Part shown: in pieces, positions 56,705-64,000 of the stretch | Layout of the letters: every line of letters begins with the position of its first letter | How positions within the stretch are numbered: the stretch's first letter is position 1 | Source: Bacteroidetes bacterium MED-G17 | Lineage (GTDB): Bacteria > Bacteroidota > Bacteroidia > NS11-12g > UBA9320 | Length of the DNA stretch: 64,000 bases | NCBI GenBank assembly: GCA_002457675.1 | Contig: NTKK01000005.1 | Location: 87,867 to 151,866 of the forward strand | Reading direction: 5' to 3' | Position numbers and translations under genes: made by a program | The notes under the pieces: generated by a model | What the model was told of the DNA's origin: nothing | Database searches by the model: none | The model's input: only the letters and a program-made list of their open reading frames with translations

Positions 56705-59510
56705 ATTTTAGTCCAACAAGTACCTGTCGGGGTGGCTGAAAACGCGCAGGATTATTGGGTGGCGTTCCATTTTCTTCTGGGCCCAAATATCTTTCATCTC
56801 TCCAACCTGTAGGAACATCATCTCCTTCTTTAAACGCGTCACCAGTAATTGGATTGATGATTTGAGGATTAAGGAAATTTAAAACATTTCTTGCTTCTGC
56901 ACTTAGGGTTATACCTTTCTTTTTTTGATCGCCTAAGTAGACTGTTTTCTGGTAGCTTATATCTAACATAAACCAAGGTTTGGCTCTCTCTTCCAAATAT
57001 TTTTCAATTTGACTGCGGTACAGTGGTCTTCCCAAATCATTTGAGTCTTCCAAAATCTGTGGCGTGTACCTAAAACCACTTTGAAAGCTCGAACGAACGA
57101 ACCATCTACTGTCTTTTAGTAACCATTTCACTAGATGATGGTTGGTGTCTGGAATAAAGGTTAAGCCTAAATTAATGTTCCAAGGTCTATCCCAGGCCAA
57201 ATATTGCTCTGTACTGAGAGGCACCTCACCATTTTGCTGAATTTGCAAACTACTTTCTCGTGCAGAATTTGATTTACCTCTTGCTGTTTGATAAGAAATA
57301 TTCAAAAAACTACTAAAAGTTTGATTTATTCGATACTGGAAATTGGTTTCTACTCCTTGAATTTTTGCGTAATCTTGATTGATATACATCGTTTTTGTTA
57401 CAGGCCGACCAGTTACATCTTTAACAAAGACCTTTCTAGATACTATATAATCAAAACGGTTGTTGTTAAAAGCAGCTACTGTGAAACCAAAGTCTTTACT
57501 AAGTTGTGATTTTAATCCCACCTCATAGCTGACATTTATTTCTGGATTGATATCAGGGTTACCCAAAAAACTTAAAAACGAACGATCTTGATATGCAGGA
57601 TCAAGACCTGCATACAAAAATCTTGGATGTGGTAAACGCATTGAATGACCGTAATTAAAGTAAAGAACTTTATTTGTTGTAACTGGAAATGAGACATTTA
57701 CTTTTGGTAAAATTCTCGCTTTGAATCGTAAGCCTAAAGGAAGTGTTTTGTTCTTATAGTCTTCTCGAACTTGGTCAATTACAGGCGCCTTTGGGTTGTC
57801 TACTGCGTTGTCTGCAAATTGGCCTGGCGCCCAATAGTTAAAGCGCATACCTAGAGTAGCAATTATACCTTCGTACTGAATTTTATCTTGAAAAAAAAGT
57901 CCCCCATTCATGGGTTTTACCTTCCAAATATCATTACTAGCACCTATGCTTATTGAAGGTGTAAATGTTGTATCATCTATTTGAATAGGCGCTCCAATCC
58001 ATGGTTTACTGACATCAACCCATTGATATTGATTGATTTTATGCTCCCACCCGAACTCCATTTTATGCGCTTCTTTTTTAGGATAGTGTTTAATTTTGGC
58101 TTTAATGGTGATTTCTCTGGCAAAATGGTCATGCCAAATTGGTGTAATTCCCCCATTGTTTATAAGCCCCGGGCCTGGTAAAACATATTGTATCTCATCG
58201 TCTGGATTGAAAATCCCTACTGGGTCTGTAACTATAGAATTTTCGTCGTATATACGGTCAATTGTACTTGTTCTGAAAGGCTTTCCATTTGCATCCGCTC
58301 TAAGATTGGTGAAAAGTCTTCCAAAGGCAAGGTCAAGTATATTTTTTTCATTAATTACATGTTTAATGTTTACCGAACTTAAGTTTGATCTATGTGTATA
58401 TGTTGTTGCGTTATCCAAATTTAAACTTCGAGAAAATTGAAATCCAGGCGTAAGAATAGCATCAAAACCTACAATTTGAAGAGACCTTGTATTCTGATTG
58501 ATATTTAGACTGTGCTGATTGGTAAATGTAATCTTAGTGCCTGATTTCAATTTGTAAGCCAATTTTAAAGTATGGGTGTAATTGTTGGTTTGCCTTGGTG
58601 CCCAAAAACTATCATTTTGGCCAAAAAAACTACTATGTAATTGGTCCGCTACTGGGCCAAAATATTCATCTGTCCAACGAAAAGTTAGGTTATTAAAATA
58701 ATTAAATTTTTTGCCAATTGGTCCACCAAAGCTAAGCTCACCAAGATCAGTATTCCAACCGCCTAAACTTTTTATGTCTTTTTGATAAGCGCCAGCAATT
58801 TCAAATTTTTCTCCTCCTTCTTTTATTGTTGTAACAATTACGCCTGATGACCCATCACCAAACTCGGCTCCACTACCGCCAGTAATAAGGTCGATTTCTC
58901 CAATTGAACTTGCAGATACATCCAAACCAAATCCAGTACCGGCTAAAGGATCTTGGGCGCTTATTCCGTCAACAATATATTGTGTTTCATATACTCTAGC
59001 ACCACGAATTTGAATGCCATCCATAGTTTTTGAAACACCAGCTTGAAGGGCAACCACTTCTTGAACATCCCGAACATTCATGTTTTGAATATCTTGGCTT
59101 TTAATATTTATCCTTGATTCTGCATTGTCTAAATCAACTAAGTTTTTCTTCCCGTTCACAGTAACTGTTTTGAACGTACTTGTTTGAGGTGTCATCTTGA
59201 AACTAAGCTTGGTTATTTGATTAGGTTTTATTTGGACACCGTGTTGAATGTAATCAGCAAAACCGATGTACGAAACTTTAATTGTATAATCTCCTGGTTT
59301 TATTTTCCCAATAGCAAAACGACCGTCTTCCTTAGTAATAGCTACATCATATGTTCCGACGATACGCACATAAGCACCCATCAAAACATCTTCTTTATCC
59401 TCTATGTTGCTCACTATACCTGCCAAGGTTCCCGTTTGTGCGAAAGACTCGGTTAGGCTTCCAGCAATCACGCCACAAATCAACAAATATTTGAGGAGGT
59501 TATATTTCAT
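56694..59510 (-). CDS. TonB-dependent receptor (CarboxypepD_reg + plug + barrel)
   Basis: Signal ..GSLTESFA|QT. CarboxypepD_reg domain: GIVSN..GAYVRIVGT..TKEDGRFAIGKIKPGDYTIKVSYIGF. Plug: IQIRGARVYETQYIVDGI. Terminal residues GLKFRF. Confidence 0.9.
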   Translation of the reverse strand: MKYNLLKYLLICGVIAGSLTESFAQTGTLAGIVSNIEDKEDVLMGAYVRIVGTYDVAITKEDGRFAIGKIKPGDYTIKVSYIGFADYIQHGVQIKPNQITKLSFKMTPQTSTFKTVTVNGKKNLVDLDNAESRINIKSQDIQNMNVRDVQEVVALQAGVSKTMDGIQIRGARVYETQYIVDGISAQDPLAGTGFGLDVSASSIGEIDLITGGSGAEFGDGSSGVIVTTIKEGGEKFEIAGAYQKDIKSLGGWNTDLGELSFGGPIGKKFNYFNNLTFRWTDEYFGPVADQLHSSFFGQNDSFWAPRQTNNYTHTLKLAYKLKSGTKITFTNQHSLNINQNTRSLQIVGFDAILTPGFQFSRSLNLDNATTYTHRSNLSSVNIKHVINEKNILDLAFGRLFTNLRADANGKPFRTSTIDRIYDENSIVTDPVGIFNPDDEIQYVLPGPGLINNGGITPIWHDHFAREITIKAKIKHYPKKEAHKMEFGWEHKINQYQWVDVSKPWIGAPIQIDDTTFTPSISIGASNDIWKVKPMNGGLFFQDKIQYEGIIATLGMRFNYWAPGQFADNAVDNPKAPVIDQVREDYKNKTLPLGLRFKARILPKVNVSFPVTTNKVLYFNYGHSMRLPHPRFLYAGLDPAYQDRSFLSFLGNPDINPEINVSYEVGLKSQLSKDFGFTVAAFNNNRFDYIVSRKVFVKDVTGRPVTKTMYINQDYAKIQGVETNFQYRINQTFSSFLNISYQTARGKSNSARESSLQIQQNGEVPLSTEQYLAWDRPWNINLGLTFIPDTNHHLVKWLLKDSRWFVRSSFQSGFRYTPQILEDSNDLGRPLYRSQIEKYLEERAKPWFMLDISYQKTVYLGDQKKKGITLSAEARNVLNFLNPQIINPITGDAFKEGDDVPTGWRDERYLGPEENGTPPNNPARFQPPRQVLVGLKFRF

Positions 59511-60955
59511 CTAAACCAATCTTTCAAAATCGTACTAAAAAGTGAATTTAACGCCTCAGGGTCTTTATTGTATTTATATAACTCAACAGCAAAAAAAACT
59601 TGAATAGTTTGGTTGTCTCTTTTTCTTCTGACCGCAATCGTTTTTGGTCCTGACCAATTGTCAAGTGGGGTTAGCTGTGCCGAATAAATAACCTCTGCAT
59701 CAATACTAGGGTAAAAAGGATCTAACCCCAGTTGCACATTTGTGGTTTGTAATGAAGGTAAACTTACTCCTGAAATCAAAAAACTATCATTACTCATAAG
59801 CGCTTGACCGCCCTGTGAAGAAACTGAATCAATAGGAAATGGTCCACCTAAGTTTTGAAAATCAACTATGCTTGGAAAACTTGTTGTTATAAATAGTTTA
59901 CCCCCGTTGTCATTATAACGTTGTAGCGCTTGTGCAGCAAAGTTTAGTGCCAATCCTGTTTGGTTATTGAATGGATTGCTCACTGTGCTTTGGTCAGAAA
60001 AAAAGAACAATTTGGTATAATAGCTTGCCATTAGTCTGAAGCTTGGATCCCAAAATTTAGGGAAATTTTGGCCCCCTTCTTTAAAATAATCTACCAAATC
60101 ATAATTCTGCCCAGAAGCGTCTAAAATGGTTTTATAAGATTGTAAAACAACTTTTGGTTGCACGCCAACTACAAGTAAATCTGCTGTTTTTGGTCTTATA
60201 AAAACAGTTTCTGATGTATCTATTTTACTTTCTACACCCGCTTGATCTACACATTTTAGATAGAATATATTGTTGCCTCCATTTATGAAACCATCTAGTT
60301 GAATATTCTCATTCTGCTTATTTGTTCCATAATAAATATTAGCTTTAGTTCGGCCTATATTATTTGGGTTTTGAGCAACTAGACTTAGCATATTTTGGTT
60401 TAAATCTATACTTGTCCATTGCCCATTATTTGCCTTAATGTAGGCATTTTTTATGGATTCATTTCCATCTTGATCCATTGTTTCAAATTGAAAAGTATAA
60501 ACCAATAATGCCGAATCTTCGGTCAATGATTTTTTTATAAATTCAATCTCTGGCGGACTGTTTTTTAAAGGCAAAATTAACGTGGCCGGTGTCGGGTCAG
60601 GAATGGAGTTGTTATCTATCGCACGAACCTTAAATTGAATATCAGTTGTGTCTTGATTTGGTGGCAAGCTGAACTTAAAAACCGTATCTTGTTTTTCGGT
60701 AAAATACCACATCCCATTATTTATATTGAACTCGTAACCAATTACATAACCATCTGGGTCAGTGCCATTCCAAGTAAGTTGTACGTTGCTATTTAGTCTA
60801 TTTTGACCACTTAAGTTGATTTTTTTTACAGAAATACTTGTTTCAGGTGGTTTATTGGCAATTGGTGTTCCCTCTTTACAGGAAGAAAGAAAAATAAAAA
60901 GTGCCCAAGCAACAACAATGAACTTACGAATTAAATGTGTATTTGGCTTAGGCAC
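59507..60955 (-). CDS. Hypothetical lipoprotein with Fn3-like N-terminal half, coupled to the TonB-dependent receptor
   Basis: GTG start and lipobox FLSS|C. LTWNGTDPDGYVIGYEF and FKVRAIDNNSIPDPTP are present. Its stop overlaps the receptor start (ATGA at 59507..59510). Confidence 0.55.
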   Translation of the reverse strand: MPKPNTHLIRKFIVVAWALFIFLSSCKEGTPIANKPPETSISVKKINLSGQNRLNSNVQLTWNGTDPDGYVIGYEFNINNGMWYFTEKQDTVFKFSLPPNQDTTDIQFKVRAIDNNSIPDPTPATLILPLKNSPPEIEFIKKSLTEDSALLVYTFQFETMDQDGNESIKNAYIKANNGQWTSIDLNQNMLSLVAQNPNNIGRTKANIYYGTNKQNENIQLDGFINGGNNIFYLKCVDQAGVESKIDTSETVFIRPKTADLLVVGVQPKVVLQSYKTILDASGQNYDLVDYFKEGGQNFPKFWDPSFRLMASYYTKLFFFSDQSTVSNPFNNQTGLALNFAAQALQRYNDNGGKLFITTSFPSIVDFQNLGGPFPIDSVSSQGGQALMSNDSFLISGVSLPSLQTTNVQLGLDPFYPSIDAEVIYSAQLTPLDNWSGPKTIAVRRKRDNQTIQVFFAVELYKYNKDPEALNSLFSTILKDWFR

Positions 60956-60964
60956 TTGAAATAA

Positions 60965-63172
60965 TTACTTTATTAGCTTTACGCTTTGCTCATAAGAGCC
61001 TGCATTAATTCTGAGCAAATAAACGCCTCTTTTAAGTGTTGAGGTATTAATTTCTATATGTTCTTTTTCAATCTTGCCACTTAGGACGTGTTGACCTTGT
61101 ATGTTGAAGATAGCAAAGTCCGCATGCTGTATCCCTTTGACATGCAGTTTATCCTCCATAGGGTTAGGGTACACTTCAAATTGATTGGACTTTGAAATCT
61201 TTTCAATCCCTACAAAACAGTCTGGATAATTGGTTGCATCTAATGTTTCACTAAATCCTATTAAATCATCATTATTTCTTGGCAACAATTTGTACTGGCT
61301 GAATCCATAAAATAAATTCCCCCTAAGCGTGTCCATTGACATACCATTTTGAACTGCAATTACAGGTACATTAACTTCACCATCTTCTGTGGCATAACTT
61401 GTATCAGAAAGTAAAGAGACCCACAATGAAGAAGCGTTGGTGGCATTCACTCGTCCAGTTTGTACCATTAAAGATTGGTCCCTATCATTTGCTGGGTCTG
61501 TTGAAACAAAAAATTCACCAAAAGAATTGGGATCGGCTGAGGTTACAATTTTCCCCCCCGTATTGACAAAATCAACCAAAACGCTTTCGTATTTTTCTAG
61601 GTTCTCAGTAGTAAACTCTACAAGCACTGGTTTGATATTCACCTTTTCACCCAAATCTTTTATTTCTGAAACTTGCATTTGAGTAAAACCAAAACTTTCT
61701 TCAATGATTCCTGTCACTTCTATTTTTTGATTTCGACAATATTGAATAAGCGATGAATTCCCTGTGAGTCTCAAACCTGACCATTCTGTCTCATTTTCGT
61801 CTTGAATATGAAACAAGCCCAAATCATAATCTTTTGTTGATGAGGTCACAACGCCAGAAACAGTGACTGATTCACCCACATAAGGTGAGGCATCATTTTG
61901 ATCAGAATTTAGGACTTTCTGAATATCTGAGATGCTTAAACCATTGTCTCTAACCGTATAAAAATGAAAATCTTCATCTTTGCTTGCCCCCTGAGGCGAA
62001 TAGATAAGATTGTCATCATCATCAATAGCGCTTAGATAAAAGCGAATTAAAGACCCGTCAGTAAAGGCGGGGATCTCAGCGGTAAATTCACTTGTTGAAC
62101 CACTTTTTAAGGTCATTTGTACCTTAGTAAAATCTGCTGAAGCCGCAGATTGATTGTCCGTATAAAACAAGTTAACCTCGGTTACAGAACCATCATTGTC
62201 AGTTACTGTTGCCGAAATAGCAACATTGTCTGTTCCAGTTGGCACAGCTGGATCTCTATTCAAATCTGCAATAACAGGCGGAGTTAAGCTATATTCATAA
62301 TGAGAAGTATCAAAAGGATTTAATGTATATCCAGAATGATAAGATCTATGCTCAGAGCCTCCCTCAAAACAACCGTTTGGCTCATGAAAAACAATTCCTT
62401 TGACTTTTTCCAGTTTTGCTCCGACTGAAGGAACTTCAAATAGCCCGGTAGATTGTCCCAAACCTGAACGAATGGTATTAAAATTTTTTGATTTCTGAAC
62501 CAAAAACCAGTCTGCTATTTTGACCAGATACCCATCAGCATCCTCACAAAGCAAATTTACTCTGGTGCCTCCAGAAAATTCATCTATCCCAATAACCGTC
62601 AAATTTTCAAGTTCCACGAATGAAGCCTCATATGCTTCCGCTGTTGAAAGTTGATTAATACTATTCTTATCATTCAACGTACTCACAGATATTTTAGCAG
62701 GTTTTATCTCTACGGGATTGACATCAAGAATAGTGATGCTTGAATTGTCAATTGGTTCTAATTGCGTTTTACCATTATAACGTCCAACTTTACCTTTAAC
62801 TCTAACCATCCATCCTTGTTTTAAGTCATGCAAATCGTTGACGGGCAAAGTATTGCCACTTCCATCAACGTAGGCACCCATCATTTCCAAAGCGGAAAAA
62901 TTACCCATCGCACCTCCATTTGCCGTATCAACTATGTAGGCAAAGGGTCTAAATCCGCCTTGAACAGACCCCGAGGTTACATTAATTTGGTTGCCAGGAA
63001 CAATTACATAACCTACTGTGGTAATGGTCTGACCTATGTAGGCTGAAGAGTCATTACAGTTTTGCAAATCTGTGATAGATACTTCTTGAATTTCTTTAAT
63101 AGTAACTGAAGTTTGAGCTCCTGCCCAAAAGGATAGTGTTACCAATACGATTGAAAGTAGTTGTTTTTTCAT
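60965..63172 (-). CDS. Secreted protein with duplicated OB-like (nuclease-accessory/DUF5689-like) modules and a T9SS type A CTD
   Basis: Signal ..LSFWAGA|QT. Module 1 is TIKEIQE..GQTITTVGYV..VRVKGKVGRYNGKTQLEP, then YEASFVELENLTV. Module 2 is SISDIQK..GESVTVSGVV..IEVTGIIEESFGFTQMQ, then YESVLVDFVN. The CTD is FEVYPNPMEDKLHV..AIFNIQGQHV..LKRGVYLLRIN..VKLIK. Confidence 0.65.
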   Translation of the reverse strand: MKKQLLSIVLVTLSFWAGAQTSVTIKEIQEVSITDLQNCNDSSAYIGQTITTVGYVIVPGNQINVTSGSVQGGFRPFAYIVDTANGGAMGNFSALEMMGAYVDGSGNTLPVNDLHDLKQGWMVRVKGKVGRYNGKTQLEPIDNSSITILDVNPVEIKPAKISVSTLNDKNSINQLSTAEAYEASFVELENLTVIGIDEFSGGTRVNLLCEDADGYLVKIADWFLVQKSKNFNTIRSGLGQSTGLFEVPSVGAKLEKVKGIVFHEPNGCFEGGSEHRSYHSGYTLNPFDTSHYEYSLTPPVIADLNRDPAVPTGTDNVAISATVTDNDGSVTEVNLFYTDNQSAASADFTKVQMTLKSGSTSEFTAEIPAFTDGSLIRFYLSAIDDDDNLIYSPQGASKDEDFHFYTVRDNGLSISDIQKVLNSDQNDASPYVGESVTVSGVVTSSTKDYDLGLFHIQDENETEWSGLRLTGNSSLIQYCRNQKIEVTGIIEESFGFTQMQVSEIKDLGEKVNIKPVLVEFTTENLEKYESVLVDFVNTGGKIVTSADPNSFGEFFVSTDPANDRDQSLMVQTGRVNATNASSLWVSLLSDTSYATEDGEVNVPVIAVQNGMSMDTLRGNLFYGFSQYKLLPRNNDDLIGFSETLDATNYPDCFVGIEKISKSNQFEVYPNPMEDKLHVKGIQHADFAIFNIQGQHVLSGKIEKEHIEINTSTLKRGVYLLRINAGSYEQSVKLIK

Positions 63173-63176
63173 TGTG

Positions 63177-64000
63177 TTATTTTATGATTGTGAAGTTGCC
63201 TTTGGCCGTTTGTCCAGTATTTAAATCCTCTACAGTAAACATATATAAACCTCGATTGATTATTTGCGTGTATTCTGATAATAAGTCCCAGGCATGTTCT
63301 CCGCCAGAAAATTGATTGTCATTTTCATTTTCAGCACCAAATGTTTTGAACCATCTTATATCATTACCCTTGTATTCTTGGTTGTGGTATATTTCATCAA
63401 TAAAATCTCCACTCACTGTAAATATTCTAATTACACAATTATTGGGCAGATTGGCAAAGTAAATTTTTCTACTTTGCTCTTGAAAATTACTGAAACCCTC
63501 CCATGAAGCCCCTGCATAATAAGGATTCGGATAAACAAACGGTTTGTTAAATTGTAGATTTTCATTACTTGGTTTTCCTGCAAATGCTCTTTTGTTGTTA
63601 GAAAGTTTACTTGACTCTAAAGACGTCAAATTTGACGCTTCATTGCCTTTATCAAAACTTGTAATTGAAACGGCATACTGCCATCCATTCAAAACGTTAT
63701 TGATCGCATAATGATAATAGTACTGTGTTGTATCATTTTCAAAAATTAACGGTTCTGGAAGCAATATATCGTCGAAACCAGTTTCATAAAAAAGTTGGTT
63801 CCCTGCCTTATCAAACTCAGCAATTTTCATCAAATCATCTGCCAAATTTGGAATGTTTGTCACATCAAAACCAAATTTTGAAAGATAAACTCTATAGCCC
63901 TCAAAATCCTTTTCTTTTGTAATGGGGTCAACTGAACTTTCAGCATTTTTGGTCCAGAATAAATCTATTTTATTTGGAGAAGTAATTACTTTGAATTTGG
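63177..64000 (-). CDS. C-terminal part of a larger secreted Fn3-containing protein with FlgD-Ig/T9SS-like tail; the 5' end is outside the window
   Basis: The track start at 63863 is an internal GTG. My translation stays open to nt 64000 (..PKFKVITSPNKIDLFWTKNAESSVDPITKEKDFEGYRVYLSKFGFDV TNIPNL..). The tail reads VYPNPY..IRIFTVSGDFIDEI..WDLLSEYTQIINRGLYMFTVED..GNFTIIK. Confidence 0.6.
   Translation of the reverse strand, partial: KFKVITSPNKIDLFWTKNAESSVDPITKEKDFEGYRVYLSKFGFDVTNIPNLADDLMKIAEFDKAGNQLFYETGFDDILLPEPLIFENDTTQYYYHYAINNVLNGWQYAVSITSFDKGNEASNLTSLESSKLSNNKRAFAGKPSNENLQFNKPFVYPNPYYAGASWEGFSNFQEQSRKIYFANLPNNCVIRIFTVSGDFIDEIYHNQEYKGNDIRWFKTFGAENENDNQFSGGEHAWDLLSEYTQIINRGLYMFTVEDLNTGQTAKGNFTIIK

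Noticed and set aside
1-64000. Search for CRISPR arrays, tRNA/rRNA genes, IS elements, integrases, prophage genes, and restriction-modification or toxin-antitoxin pairs.
   Set aside because: No intergenic gap exceeds about 140 nt. I saw no direct-repeat/spacer structure, no cloverleaf-capable gap and no transposase, integrase or defence-type motifs in any ORF. This was done by eye only; a tRNAscan/Infernal/defence-finder run could still find something small.

Overview
Low-GC Bacteroidota chromosomal segment (Flavobacteriia/Cytophagia-like; inferred from CHU_C/T9SS sorting domains, TAnnTTTG -7 boxes and Gln at +1 of signal peptides). I call about 50 CDS. By my coordinates only about 1.2-1.3 kb of the 64 kb is intergenic. 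I saw no rRNA, tRNA, CRISPR array, transposase, integrase or obvious defence genes. Most genes are housekeeping: lysS, sucD, acs, rsfS, birA, coaX, lptC, cysS, sodA, pyrF, panC, asd, tilS, lhgO, ptrB and TetR-paaABCD, with paaE 24 kb away. The window is rich in type IX secretion (T9SS) cargo: two giant PKD/CHU_C proteins (1330 aa and about 2064 aa), at least two type A CTD proteins, and a glutaminyl cyclase. The most unusual observations are listed here. (1) An ECF sigma factor is translationally coupled to a single-pass membrane partner whose C-terminus is a T9SS type B (CHU_C) sorting-like domain, directly upstream of the 2064-aa CHU_C protein. (2) A SusD-less operon combines a TonB-dependent receptor, a lipoprotein and T9SS-secreted proteins carrying duplicated OB-like modules. 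(3) A DUF2851 gene is interrupted by one in-frame TAA. (4) A 46-aa lipoprotein ORF and the edge-truncated lysS are absent from the ORF track. (5) Gene packing is extreme, with many overlapping or abutting convergent stops and one head-to-head start pair 1 nt apart. All functional calls come from reading motifs by eye. No database search was run.
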